A program made the position numbers and the translations under genes. A stretch of DNA of 64,000 bases from Chthoniobacterales bacterium (GTDB lineage Bacteria; Verrucomicrobiota; Verrucomicrobiia; Chthoniobacterales; UBA6821): assembly GCA_044236545.1 (NCBI GenBank), contig JBIIGI010000002.1, positions 134 through 64,133 of the forward strand, in the 5' to 3' direction. Shown here piece after piece: positions 52,866-62,333 of the stretch. Numbering within the stretch: position 1 is the first letter of the stretch; every line of letters starts with the position of its first letter. Below the pieces are notes generated by a model. It was not told where the DNA came from, searched no databases, and saw only the letters and a list, made by a program, of their open reading frames with translations.

Positions 52866-54992
52866 ATGAATTCCCTCACCACCACCTCCTCCCCCTACCT
52901 CCTGCAGCATGCCGAGAATCCCGTGGAGTGGTATCCCTGGGGTGAGGAGGCGTTCGCCCGGGCGCGTCGCGAGCGGAAGCCGATCTTTCTCTCGGTCGGC
53001 TATTCGACCTGCCACTGGTGCCATGTGATGGCCCATGAGTCCTTCGAGAGTCCGGAGATCGCGCGGGTGATGAACGCGCACTTCGTCAACGTGAAGGTCG
53101 ATCGCGAGGAGCGTCCCGATGTCGACCGGCTCTACATGGCCTATGTGCAGGGCCTCACGGGAAGCGGCGGGTGGCCGATGAGCGTCTGGCTTACCCCGGA
53201 GTTGAAGCCCTTCTTCGGCGGCACCTACTTTCCTCCCGAGGACAGGCATGGCCGTGCAGGGTTCCCCTCGATCCTGCTGCAGATTGCCGGACTCTGGAGG
53301 GAGAGCCCGGAAAAGATCGAGGCGGAGGCGGCGCGTTCGCTTGCAGCCCTGCAGGAGAGCGCGAGATCTGAGGTTTCCCGAAGCGCTCCCGGTGAGGGGC
53401 CGCTGAATCGTGCCACGGAGTATTTCCTGCGAACCTACGACGAGCAGTGGGGGGGATTCGGATCCGCTCCGAAGTTCCCCCGCCCCTCGGTTCTCTATTT
53501 CCTGTTTCGGGAAGCCTGCCGGGTACACGGCTCGGACAAAACGACGGGCGAGCGCTGTTTCCGCATGGTTCTCGAAACGTTGCAGCGCATGGCCTCCGGA
53601 GGAATCCATGATCACCTCGGAGGCGGGTTTCACCGCTACTCGGTGGACCGCTCCTGGCATGTGCCGCATTTCGAGAAGATGCTCTACGATCAGGCACAGT
53701 TGGCCATCTCCTATCTGGAGACCTGGCAGATGTCGGGCGGGGAGGAGCAGGAGGCCATTATCCGGGACATCCTCGATTATGTGCGGCGGGAGATGACGGC
53801 TCCGGAGGGAGGGTTTTATTCGGCCGAGGATGCCGACAGTCTGCTCAGGCACGGATCGAGCGAGCATGCCGAGGGGGCTTTCTTTGTCTGGACCAAGGAG
53901 GAGATCGAGGAGGCGCTTGCGCCGGAAGCTGCGGCTCTCTTCTGCCGTCATTACGGGGTGCTTGCCGGAGGGAATGTCGATCCCTCGAGCGATCCGCATG
54001 GGGAACTCACGGGCAAGAACGTCCTGATGGAGCAGGCTTCCATCGAGGAAAGCGCCGCCGCAGTCGGCCTCTCCGAAGAGGCGGCGATCCGTTCACTGGA
54101 GCAATCCCGGCGGATCCTTGCGGAGATCCGTGAGAAGCGTCCGCATCCGCACCTCGACGACAAGATCCTCTGCGCTTGGAACGGGCTCATGATCTCGGCC
54201 TTTGCCCGGGTCGGCGCGGCCTTGGGCGATGAGGGTTATGTCGAAGCCGCCGTGAAGGCGGCGGATTTCATCAAGGGGCATCTCACCGATCCTGTATCAG
54301 GTGAACTGCGCCGCAGTTGGCGCGAGGGGAAGGTGCTTGAGACCGGATTTGCGGAGGATTACGCCTTCCTGATTCAGGGGCTCCTTGATCTCTACGAGGC
54401 GACTTTTTCGATCTACTGGCTGCAGTGGGCGGTCGATCTGCAGGGGGTCATGGATCGTCTATTCTGGGATGAGCGGGAGGGGGGCTATTTCAGCAGTGCC
54501 GAGGGGGATCCTCATCTCCTCGTGCGTCTCAAGGAAGACTACGACGGTGCGGAACCCTCGGCGAATTCCGTGGCGGCGCTCAATCTCCTGCGCTTCTCAA
54601 GAATGCTTGGCGATGAGGCCGCGGCTACGAAAGCGGAACGGATCTTTGCTCTCTCCGGCCGGACGCTCGACTCCATGCCGGCCGCGGTCCCGCAGTTGCT
54701 CGTCGCCCTGGGATCGAGCCTCTCTTCGGGGCGCCAGATCGTGATTGCAGGCGCACCCGGTGAGGCCGATACGCAGGCATTGATCGCATCTGCCCGGAAG
54801 GGATTCCATCCCGATCAGGTCATCCTGCTGGCGGATGGGGGAGAGGGGCAGGCCTGGCTGGCGGAGAGGGTTCCTTCCCTTGCCGGCATGAAACCCGTCG
54901 ATGGGAAGGCGGCTCTCTACCGCTGCGAGAACTTCACCTGTTCGGCTCCGGTGACACTGTCGGAGGTGGAAAGTTCCGGAGTCTTGGGTTAA
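52866..54992 (+). CDS. Thioredoxin-domain (DUF255) plus six-hairpin glycosidase-like protein (YyaL/SPATA20 family)
   Basis: [45 protein letters not shown] and [25 protein letters not shown]. Confidence 0.85.
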   Translation: MNSLTTTSSPYLLQHAENPVEWYPWGEEAFARARRERKPIFLSVGYSTCHWCHVMAHESFESPEIARVMNAHFVNVKVDREERPDVDRLYMAYVQGLTGSGGWPMSVWLTPELKPFFGGTYFPPEDRHGRAGFPSILLQIAGLWRESPEKIEAEAARSLAALQESARSEVSRSAPGEGPLNRATEYFLRTYDEQWGGFGSAPKFPRPSVLYFLFREACRVHGSDKTTGERCFRMVLETLQRMASGGIHDHLGGGFHRYSVDRSWHVPHFEKMLYDQAQLAISYLETWQMSGGEEQEAIIRDILDYVRREMTAPEGGFYSAEDADSLLRHGSSEHAEGAFFVWTKEEIEEALAPEAAALFCRHYGVLAGGNVDPSSDPHGELTGKNVLMEQASIEESAAAVGLSEEAAIRSLEQSRRILAEIREKRPHPHLDDKILCAWNGLMISAFARVGAALGDEGYVEAAVKAADFIKGHLTDPVSGELRRSWREGKVLETGFAEDYAFLIQGLLDLYEATFSIYWLQWAVDLQGVMDRLFWDEREGGYFSSAEGDPHLLVRLKEDYDGAEPSANSVAALNLLRFSRMLGDEAAATKAERIFALSGRTLDSMPAAVPQLLVALGSSLSSGRQIVIAGAPGEADTQALIASARKGFHPDQVILLADGGEGQAWLAERVPSLAGMKPVDGKAALYRCENFTCSAPVTLSEVESSGVLG

Positions 54993-55041
54993 TTATATCA
55001 GCTCTCGACTCTCGTCCCTCGTCGCTCGACTTCCCGCATCC

Positions 55042-56439
55042 ATGTTCTCCACCCTTTCAGACAAGCTCCAGCAGACCTTCAAGAACCTCCGTGGTCATGG
55101 ACGACTCTCCGAGTCGAACATCACCGATGCGCTGAGGGAGGTGCGCCTCGCCCTGCTCGACGCCGACGTCCACTTCACCGTGGCCAAGGAGTTCATCGAC
55201 AAGGTCAAGCAGCGAGCGCTGGGCGAGGAGGTACTCAAGAGCGTCACCCCAGGTCAGCAGATCGTCAAAATCTTCCAGGATGAGCTGACGGCACTCCTCG
55301 GCGGGGATGCCTCCCCGATCAATTTCGGCAAGCCAACCAGGATTCTTGTGGTCGGCCTCAACGGCGCCGGCAAGACCACCTCCTCGGCCAAGCTCGCCCG
55401 ACTCCTCAAGAACCCCGGACTCTTCAGCACCCTCAAGGGAGAGACTCCACGCTCACCCCTGCTGGTCGCCCTCGATCTGGTGCGTCCAGCCGCCATCGAC
55501 CAACTCGCCACCCTGGGTGAGCAGATCGAGGTGCCGGTCTTCCGTCCCGATCCCGCCGAGAAGGATGTCCTGGCTGCAGCCCGGAGAGCCCTCTCATGGT
55601 GCGAGACCCAGGGGGGCAATGTCGAGATTTACGACACCGCCGGCCGCCGAGAGATCGACGACTCGCTCGTCGGGGAACTCGTTCACCTCAAGGAACTGCT
55701 CCGCCCCCAGGAGATTCTCCTCGTCTGTGATGCCGCCACCGGTCAGCAGGCGGTCAGCGTCGCCGAGAAGTTCCATGCCGCCCTCGGCCTCACCGGCCTG
55801 ATCCTGACGAAGCTCGACGGTGACGCCCGTGGTGGTGCCGCCCTCTCCCTCAGATCGGTGACCGGACAGCCGATCAAATTCGCCGGCGTCGGCGAGAAGG
55901 TGGAGCAGTTCGAGCCGTTCCACCCCGAGAGGCTGGCCGGGCGGATCCTCGGGATGGGGGATATCGTCAGCTTTGTCGAGAAGGCGGCCGAGGCCGTCGA
56001 GATGGAGGAAATGGGCCGATTGGAGGCCAAAATGAAGAGCGCCTCCTTCGACCTGGAGGATTTCCTCAGCCAGTTGCGGATGATCAAGCGGATGGGCCCC
56101 CTAGAAAATCTGCTTGGCATGCTCCCCGGTGCCGCTAATCTCCCTAGTCCCGCAGTGAACGGAAAAGAACTGCAGCGGGTCGAGGCGATCATTCTATCCA
56201 TGACGCCCGGCGAACGGAAGCGCCCCGAGATCCTCAACGCGCGCCGTCGCCAGCGAATCGCCCGCGGCAGTGGAAATTCAGTCACTGAGGTCAACAGCCT
56301 CCTCCTGAGGTTTGGTCAGATGAAAAAACTGGCCAAGAACACAGGAAAAATGAAAAAAATGATGTCACGTTTCGCCTCCGGCGGAATGCCCGGCCTCGCC
56401 CCAAATAACTCCTTACCGACCCGACTCCCATGGCAGTAG
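55042..56439 (+). CDS. ffh: Signal recognition particle protein
   Basis: VVGLNGAGKTTS, DTAGR, TKLDGDARGGAALS and a Met-rich M domain. Confidence 0.95.
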   Translation: MFSTLSDKLQQTFKNLRGHGRLSESNITDALREVRLALLDADVHFTVAKEFIDKVKQRALGEEVLKSVTPGQQIVKIFQDELTALLGGDASPINFGKPTRILVVGLNGAGKTTSSAKLARLLKNPGLFSTLKGETPRSPLLVALDLVRPAAIDQLATLGEQIEVPVFRPDPAEKDVLAAARRALSWCETQGGNVEIYDTAGRREIDDSLVGELVHLKELLRPQEILLVCDAATGQQAVSVAEKFHAALGLTGLILTKLDGDARGGAALSLRSVTGQPIKFAGVGEKVEQFEPFHPERLAGRILGMGDIVSFVEKAAEAVEMEEMGRLEAKMKSASFDLEDFLSQLRMIKRMGPLENLLGMLPGAANLPSPAVNGKELQRVEAIILSMTPGERKRPEILNARRRQRIARGSGNSVTEVNSLLLRFGQMKKLAKNTGKMKKMMSRFASGGMPGLAPNNSLPTRLPWQ

Positions 56440-56687
56440 CAATCCGACTCCGCCGCGAAGGCGCCCGCAACCATCCTTTCTACCGCATCGCGGTGGCCGA
56501 CCAGCGCAGCCCGCGTGACGGCAAGTTCATCGAGCTCATCGGTCACTACGACCCGAAGCAGGCCGGTGACAACCACAAGATCGACCTCGAGCGCGCCGAG
56601 TATTGGCTCAGCGTCGGAGCCCGTCCCTCCCAGACGGTGCAGAGCTTCATCACCAAGGCCAGAAAGGCCTCGGGTGCGGCAGCCTGA
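56430..56687 (+). CDS. rpsP: 30S ribosomal protein S16
   Basis: MAVAIRLRREGARNHPFYRIAVADQRSPRDGKFIELIGHYDP. Confidence 0.95.
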   Translation: MAVAIRLRREGARNHPFYRIAVADQRSPRDGKFIELIGHYDPKQAGDNHKIDLERAEYWLSVGARPSQTVQSFITKARKASGAAA

Positions 56688-56697
56688 TTGATTTCCC

Positions 56698-56928
56698 ATG
56701 GACGAGTTCCTGCGCTACGTGGTGCAGCAACTCGTCGAAAACCCCGATGAGGTGGCGATCACCCATCGGCAGGACGGGGAGAAGACCACTTACCTTCTCT
56801 CCATGCGCCAGAGCGACGTCGGTCGCTTGATCGGCAAGGGTGGAGGCACGATCAAGGCCATCAGGGATCTCCTCTCCGCCGCCGCTGAGAAGCACGGGAA
56901 GAAAGCGGGTTTGGAAATTTTGGAGTAG
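56698..56928 (+). CDS. KH-domain RNA-binding protein (UPF0109/YlqC family)
   Basis: 76 aa, GRLIGKGGGTIKAIRDLL GxxG loop, in the conserved position after rpsP. Confidence 0.85.
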   Translation: MDEFLRYVVQQLVENPDEVAITHRQDGEKTTYLLSMRQSDVGRLIGKGGGTIKAIRDLLSAAAEKHGKKAGLEILE

Positions 56929-56970
56929 CGGAGGTGGGAAATTCCAAGCGGCTCGCGGAAGGCCCCTCCC

Positions 56971-57426
56971 TCATCCGCGCCTGCGGATCGTTATCCTCTT
57001 GATCTTATCCGTTCCCTCCGGGCTCTCGGTCGCAAGTTCCGCATCCTCACGGTAGGCGTTGTGGACAAGCCGGCGGTCGTAGGAATTGAGGGGTTCTGTC
57101 TCGATGGGGCGTCCATGCTCACGAACGGCCTCGGCAAGCATCCGGATGCGCTGGAGGAAGGCATCATCGCGCATGCTCCGGTGATGCTCCACATCGACGA
57201 TGACTCTGGGGAGAGGTTGGTCGCGAGGGGTCATGGAAAAGAGGATGCGGTTGACCAGAAGCTGAAGGCTCTCGAGTGTCTCGTCCCTTCGGCCTATAAG
57301 CCGACCGGGTTCAGCGGTCCTGATCTGAAGGACGAGATGACCGTCCCTTTCCTGCTCCTCGACCTCCACGAAGAAACCGAGGTGTCCGAGGATGGTGTCC
57401 AGAATTTCGCGGGGGGTCTGGTTCAT
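56971..57426 (-). CDS. jag: Jag/KhpB RNA-binding protein (KH + R3H)
   Basis: GRLIGRRDETLESLQLLVN (KH), then the C-terminal R3H element EPLNSYDRRLVHNAYRE. Lies downstream of yidC. ATG 57426 chosen. Confidence 0.8.
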   Translation of the reverse strand: MNQTPREILDTILGHLGFFVEVEEQERDGHLVLQIRTAEPGRLIGRRDETLESLQLLVNRILFSMTPRDQPLPRVIVDVEHHRSMRDDAFLQRIRMLAEAVREHGRPIETEPLNSYDRRLVHNAYREDAELATESPEGTDKIKRITIRRRG

Positions 57427-57448
57427 CGCTCGCGGGGTGCTTGAATGT

Positions 57449-59230
57449 TCAGCGTTTCTTTCCGGAACCACCGCCGTTCCTTCCCTTTGTCGGCGCGGCG
57501 ACCTTTTCCAGGGTGGGAAGCGGCTGATTGCGGGTCAAGTAGAGTTGCACAATGGAAAAGATATTCTGCGTTGTCCAATAGAGGGCAAGTCCCGATGCAT
57601 AATTATAGCAGAACGCCAGGAAGATCACCGGCATGAAGTACATCATGCGTTGCTGGACGGCGTCGCCGCTTTGTGGCGAGATCGCCATCTGCCAGAGCAT
57701 GGTGCCCGCCATGATGATTGGCAGCAGGTTGATCGGGAATCCAAGGAAGTGTGCGATCGTGTCAGGCTGGGAAAGATCCTGGATCCAGAGGAAGTGGCTG
57801 TTGCGAAGCTCGATCGCGCTTCCGAGCATGGAGTAGAACCCGAAGAAGATCGGGATCTGGATGAGCATCGGGAGGCAGCCTCCCAAGGGATTCACGCCGT
57901 ACTGCTTGTAGAGCTTCATCAGCTCTTCGTTCATTTTGGTCGGATCATCCTTGTACTTCTCCCGGAGTTCAGTCATCCGCGGCGAAAGCAGTTGCATCCT
58001 CTTCATGGAGGAGGTCGCCTTGTTCTGGAGGGGCCAGAGGGCCGACTTGATCAGGATCGTGAGAACAATGATGGAGGCGGCGTAGTTTCCAAGCACCCCC
58101 TTGAGCCCGTTCATCGCCCAGAGGAGGAACTCGGAGACGAGGTGGAACATGCCGAAGTTCATGACCTTCTGCTGGTCGTCACCGAGCTTCCCAAGGGCTG
58201 TGAAATCCTTGGGTCCGGCATAGATGGTATAGCGGCGCACGACGCTCTCCCCCGGGGCCAGGCTGATCGGTCCGGTGCCGAGTCCACCCGAGATTCCGTG
58301 AATGGGCTGCCCCCCTTCCGTCGCGCCATTTTTTTCCGCATCGTAGCGGCGCGCCCAGACGCCGGATCCCGGCTGGTCCTTCGGGGCGGTGATGATGGTG
58401 CAGAAATACTGGCTTGTGACGGAGGCCCACCTGATGCCTGATTCCGACTGGCTGTAGAGGTCGCGCCCCGGCCGCGTCTGGATGCCGATCAGAGGGATTG
58501 TGCCGGCCTCAAACCAGTTCACGTCGATGGAATTCATCTTTCCTTCACGAAACCAGTCGAAGCAGGTGTAGGTCGGCAGGTCACTCGTGTGGACGGGAGC
58601 CTGACCTCCCGCCGCAATGCTGTAGCCTGGGAGGGTAAGGGGGGAGGAGCCGGTATTGCGGAATGTCACGTCCAGAGCGATGAGGTACTCCTCGGGAGAG
58701 GTTCCACCCTGAGGCAGGGAGAAGCTCTTGGTGATGGAGAGGCCACCCGGGGCGGAGAGTCGGAAGCATGCGGATGCGCGTGACTTGTCAGCATCCATCG
58801 TGAAACCGGTGACCGGTGTGCCGTTCGCATCGCAGAGGGTTCCGATGGGGAGGGCCTGGTCATTCTTCAAAAGAAGGCTCTGTTGGTTGACTCCCAGATG
58901 GAGGAAGAGCGTCACCGTCTCGATGCCTCCCGTGTTGCCGGCGAAGAGATACTCCGCGCGACTGGTGTCGAGAGTCTCACGCTTGGTCGAGAGCGAGGGG
59001 ATGGCCAGGGTGGCTGCGGTTGCCGGAGCAGGCGCCGGTACGTCTGCGGGAGAAGTCGCGGGCTTTGTCGGAGTTGAGGACTTGGAGGCCTCCACCTTTT
59101 GCTTGGCAATCCTTTGCTCCTCGGCCTGCCTCGCGATATAGGGGGCGTAGGTCTTGCTATAGTAATACTGCCAACCGACAAGTCCTGCGACGGATAGGGC
59201 GATGGCGATCCAGGTGGTGCGGTCGAACAT
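57449..59230 (-). CDS. yidC: Membrane protein insertase YidC
   Basis: N-terminal TM, a large periplasmic domain, and the conserved C-terminal core YGVNPLGGCLPMLIQIPIFFGFY...GLALYWTTQNIFSIVQ. Confidence 0.95.
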   Translation of the reverse strand: MFDRTTWIAIALSVAGLVGWQYYYSKTYAPYIARQAEEQRIAKQKVEASKSSTPTKPATSPADVPAPAPATAATLAIPSLSTKRETLDTSRAEYLFAGNTGGIETVTLFLHLGVNQQSLLLKNDQALPIGTLCDANGTPVTGFTMDADKSRASACFRLSAPGGLSITKSFSLPQGGTSPEEYLIALDVTFRNTGSSPLTLPGYSIAAGGQAPVHTSDLPTYTCFDWFREGKMNSIDVNWFEAGTIPLIGIQTRPGRDLYSQSESGIRWASVTSQYFCTIITAPKDQPGSGVWARRYDAEKNGATEGGQPIHGISGGLGTGPISLAPGESVVRRYTIYAGPKDFTALGKLGDDQQKVMNFGMFHLVSEFLLWAMNGLKGVLGNYAASIIVLTILIKSALWPLQNKATSSMKRMQLLSPRMTELREKYKDDPTKMNEELMKLYKQYGVNPLGGCLPMLIQIPIFFGFYSMLGSAIELRNSHFLWIQDLSQPDTIAHFLGFPINLLPIIMAGTMLWQMAISPQSGDAVQQRMMYFMPVIFLAFCYNYASGLALYWTTQNIFSIVQLYLTRNQPLPTLEKVAAPTKGRNGGGSGKKR

Positions 59231-59294
59231 AAGGAGAGTTTTTAAGGCTGAAGGCTGAAGTTTTGAAAGGTTGGAAAGTAACTTAAATCAGGTT

Positions 59295-59552
59295 TCAGAT
59301 ATCAAATTTCAGGTTTCTAGATTCCGGCACCGGATCAAGGCCGCCCTCATTCCATGGGTGGCACTTTGAGATGCGCAGGATCGAAAGTCGGAGGCCTGTC
59401 AGGGAGCCGTGGGTCCGGAGTGCCTCCAGCGCATAGGCAGAGCAACTCGGATGGAAGCGACATCCGCAACCGGTTCCGCCTGCCATCGCATGGAGCGTGG
59501 GGGAGATCATCCATCTGTAGAGATGGATCGGGATGCGAAGCAGGAAGGACAT
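59295..59552 (-). CDS. yidD: Membrane protein insertion efficiency factor YidD
   Basis: LYRWMISPTL...CRFHPSCSAYALEAL..HG...G..L...RI.KCHPW. Confidence 0.9.
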   Translation of the reverse strand: MSFLLRIPIHLYRWMISPTLHAMAGGTGCGCRFHPSCSAYALEALRTHGSLTGLRLSILRISKCHPWNEGGLDPVPESRNLKFDI

Positions 59553-59576
59553 AAGGATGCTTTTTTGAGAAGCAGT

Positions 59577-59918
59577 TCAGGAGTCGGCGAAAATAGAGAG
59601 ACGCCTGCCAAGACGCAACCATTCCGAGAGGAATGCCTCCGAGCTTGCTGTGGCGGCGGATGGTTTGGCGGTGATCACAAGCCACAGACCGTTCTTCAAC
59701 CGGGGGAGTTGGTGGCGGAAGATTTCCCTCAGGCGACGCTTCACCCTGTTCCTGACCACGGCGGGTCCTACGCGCCGGGAAACAACAACGGCACCCTGAG
59801 TTCCGTTTTCACCGGATTCCAGAACCCCCATCCTGAGGAAGGCCCCGTGAAAAGAAAGGCCCGCCGTCCGAACCCTCGAGTGCTGGTATCCCGAACGAAG
59901 CCGCGAAGAACGCGGCAA
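59577..59918 (-). CDS. rnpA: Ribonuclease P protein component
   Basis: Basic 113-aa protein with the RNR-like motif AVVRNRVKRRLREIF, located between rpmH and yidD. Confidence 0.85.
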   Translation of the reverse strand: MPRSSRLRSGYQHSRVRTAGLSFHGAFLRMGVLESGENGTQGAVVVSRRVGPAVVRNRVKRRLREIFRHQLPRLKNGLWLVITAKPSAATASSEAFLSEWLRLGRRLSIFADS

Positions 59919-59925
59919 GTTCAGG

Positions 59926-60099
59926 CTAGGCTTGGGTGTGGCGTGCGTAATGGACTTCGACCCCCTTCGGCAGGAGACGCTTGCGTCCGCGTTGACGACG
60001 ACGGCTCAAGATGGCGCGACCGCCTTTGGTCTGCATGCGGGCACGGAAGCCGAACTGGCGTTTGCGCGTGCGCTTGGAAGGTTGGTAGGTGCGCTTCAT
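59926..60099 (-). CDS. rpmH: 50S ribosomal protein L34
   Basis: Not in the ORF track (<60 aa). Hand translation of the minus strand gives [57 protein letters not shown]. Confidence 0.9.
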   Translation of the reverse strand: MKRTYQPSKRTRKRQFGFRARMQTKGGRAILSRRRQRGRKRLLPKGVEVHYARHTQA

Positions 60100-60280
60100 G
60101 TCGTGATAAAGTCTTAAGGAATAGGGTCGGTGAGAATGTCCTGCGGAAGGTGGCGTGTCAATGGGGGATTATGAAAAAATGAACACATTGCGAGTGGGCG
60201 CGAGGGTAATCCCCAAATTGCTTTCCTTGGATCACAATTTGCAGATTGCGAAGAGGCACGCTCGCGGGAAAAGTCTCCCG

Positions 60281-61078
60281 ATGCCGATCAGACTTTTAAG
60301 CACCGATTTTGACGGAACTCTGGCGGGGGGGGCTTGGGGTGAGCAATGCGCCCCGGCTCTGGCCACCGAACTCACCTCGGTCCTGCGTGAGGGAGCCCTT
60401 TGGGCAGTGAACACGGGGCGCTCGCTGGAGAGCGCGTTGGAAGGGATCAGGCAACTCGCCCCCCCCGGCATGCCCCATTACATCCTCACCAGCGAGCGGC
60501 ACATCCACAAACCGGACGGTCGTGGAGGCTGGCATGACTACGGTGACTGGAACCGCATCTGCACGGAACACCACGATCTTCTCTTCAGTCAATCAGGGGA
60601 GTTCTTCGGGCGGATCTTAGCCTTGGCGGGGCGTTATCCCGGAGTCAGGGTGCTCGAAAATGTCGGCGATGTCCCGGAGGGACTTGCCGCCAGCAGTGAG
60701 GAACAGCTCGACGAGGTGATCACTGAATTGCTTTCCCTTCCTGGAAGGCCGTCGGATTTCCATTACCAGCGCAGCAATATCTACCTGCGTTTCTGCCATC
60801 GCCGTTACGACAAGGGAAGCACTCTGGCCGAGCTCAGTCGCCTCCTCGACACCCCCACGGAGGGGATTCTCGCGGTGGGCGATCATCAGAATGACCTTTC
60901 GATGCTCTTCGGCCGGGTGGCCGCCATGGTGGCCTGTCCCTCCAATGCCCATCCCAGCGTCAAGGAGGCCGTCGCAAGGGCGGGCGGTCATGTCTCCCTG
61001 CTCGAGGCCGGGGAGGGGACGGCCGAGGCGATCCATCTCTACCGCACGGCCAAAAAAATACCGGTGAAAGGCATTTGA
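60281..61078 (+). CDS. HAD-IIB (Cof-type) hydrolase
   Basis: LLSTDFDGTL (DxDGT), NTGRSL and VGDHQNDLSM. Internal ATG 60281 chosen. Confidence 0.75.
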   Translation: MPIRLLSTDFDGTLAGGAWGEQCAPALATELTSVLREGALWAVNTGRSLESALEGIRQLAPPGMPHYILTSERHIHKPDGRGGWHDYGDWNRICTEHHDLLFSQSGEFFGRILALAGRYPGVRVLENVGDVPEGLAASSEEQLDEVITELLSLPGRPSDFHYQRSNIYLRFCHRRYDKGSTLAELSRLLDTPTEGILAVGDHQNDLSMLFGRVAAMVACPSNAHPSVKEAVARAGGHVSLLEAGEGTAEAIHLYRTAKKIPVKGI

Positions 61079-61092
61079 CCTTTCACCGGTAT
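61058..61092. terminator. Perfect 14-bp stem-loop spanning the stop codon of the HAD gene
   Basis: ATACCGGTGAAAGG-catttga-CCTTTCACCGGTAT, preceded by an A7 tract. The TGA stop (61076-61078) sits in the loop. A second hairpin, AGGAACC-atc-GGTTCCT, follows at 61103-61119. The flanking genes are convergent. Confidence 0.5.
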
Positions 61093-61137
61093 CAACAATT
61101 TAAGGAACCATCGGTTCCTAAGCAATCCGCTTAGTTA

Positions 61138-61569
61138 TTACTTTGCCTGGAGCTTGAAGTGGCCCTTTCCGATGCGCTTGATCTCGGGAAGTTTCTTTCC
61201 GGTGCTGCTGAACCAGACATGCACGTTCTGGCTCTTGGCCCCGATCTTCTTGGAGAGATCGGGCACCTTCATCCCGGCATCTCCGGCGGCCTTGAGGGCG
61301 GAAAAAATTTTCTTTTTCAGAGCGCCGCGCGGGGCGCGCTTGGTGGTCGAACTCCCCTTGGTTGCTTTCGCAGCCTTTGCGGGACGACCGGCCTTCTTGG
61401 CTTTGGCGGGGCGGCCGCGGCGCTTTCCGGTGGTGCTGCCGGGCTTGCCGGTGAGCAGGGAGGAGAGCTGATGCTCGATCTTTTCGATTTCACGAAGAAG
61501 ACCTTCCTTGCGCTGGGTGAGCTTGATAAGGTTCTTCAACGCGTTGCTGCTAATGTTTGTGATGTTCAT
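61138..61569 (-). CDS. Lys/Ala-rich basic DNA-binding protein with two AT-hook-like GRP motifs (histone H1-like candidate)
   Basis: ATG 61569. N-terminal coiled coil, KRRGRPAKAKKAGRPAKAAKATKG, and a C-terminal ~60-aa globular segment (KKKIFSALKAAGDAGMKVPDLSKKIG...). Confidence 0.6.
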   Translation of the reverse strand: MNITNISSNALKNLIKLTQRKEGLLREIEKIEHQLSSLLTGKPGSTTGKRRGRPAKAKKAGRPAKAAKATKGSSTTKRAPRGALKKKIFSALKAAGDAGMKVPDLSKKIGAKSQNVHVWFSSTGKKLPEIKRIGKGHFKLQAK

Positions 61570-61624
61570 AACAAACTTTGTTATTTTATAAGCTTTGTTG
61601 CATGGCAAGTATTAATTTTTAAAA
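61570..61624. promoter_or_regulatory. AT-rich divergent promoter region between the H1-like gene and the PPTase gene
   Basis: 55 bp, markedly AT-rich against the ~60% GC background. CTTTGTT direct repeat at 61576 and 61593. TATTTTATAA and TATTAATTTTTAAAAA tracts. Confidence 0.35.
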
Positions 61625-62314
61625 ATGCGATCGCTGTTCACGTCCGTTAGCATTGTTCCGGGAGAGCTTTCCCGGGATGAGATCCTCGTCATTGCGGGTG
61701 ATCTCGCGTCGCTTGAGGGGATTCCCCTGAGCCATGCAGAGAGCCGCCGGGCGCAGTCGATGACCTCCGTCGAGGCACGCCTTCGCTTCACGGCCGCACG
61801 TCGTATCCTGCGGTCCGTGATATCATCATGGATCGGAGTGTCCCCGTTGGATTTGGAAATTGTTCCCGATGAAAACGGGAAGCCCCGGCTTGAGCCCGCC
61901 GAGGACGTGCATTTCAGCATCTCCCATACCTCGGATTGTATCGCTGTGGCATTCTCCCGATCCGCCGTGGGTCTCGATCTCGAACGCATGCGGCAGGTGG
62001 ACGCCATGGCCCTGGCATCGCGCTTCTTTTCCCCGGAGGAGGCCCTGGCTGTTCGGGAATCAGGGGAGATCGACCTCTTCTTCAAACTCTGGACCTGCAG
62101 GGAGGCCGCCATCAAGGCCGACGGGCGGGGATTGTCAAATCTGATGGATTCCACTCGCGTTCTTGCGGGAAAGGACGCGGATGATGCGGGGGTGGAGATC
62201 CTGATCGGCTCCGACCGATGGCAAGGCATGCATTGGATGATGGACGAGCACTGCCATGGGGCGCTCGCCTTCCGGGAGGAGCCTTCCCAAATAAGCTGGT
62301 GTGATATCCGTTAG
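61625..62314 (+). CDS. 4'-phosphopantetheinyl transferase (Sfp type)
   Basis: GKPRLE....HFSISHTSDCIAVAFS, VGLDLE and FKLWTCREAAIKADG (W/FxxKE-A-xxK motif). Confidence 0.85.
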   Translation: MRSLFTSVSIVPGELSRDEILVIAGDLASLEGIPLSHAESRRAQSMTSVEARLRFTAARRILRSVISSWIGVSPLDLEIVPDENGKPRLEPAEDVHFSISHTSDCIAVAFSRSAVGLDLERMRQVDAMALASRFFSPEEALAVRESGEIDLFFKLWTCREAAIKADGRGLSNLMDSTRVLAGKDADDAGVEILIGSDRWQGMHWMMDEHCHGALAFREEPSQISWCDIR

Positions 62315-62333
62315 TCGGTCATTCTGAACTTTC

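Noticed and set aside
59900-60300. Chromosomal replication origin next to rpmH-rnpA-yidD-yidC-jag
   Set aside because: In many bacteria this block neighbours dnaA/oriC. Here the divergent neighbour is a HAD hydrolase, there is no dnaA in the window, and I found no TTATCCACA-type DnaA-box cluster or AT-rich unwinding element in the gap.
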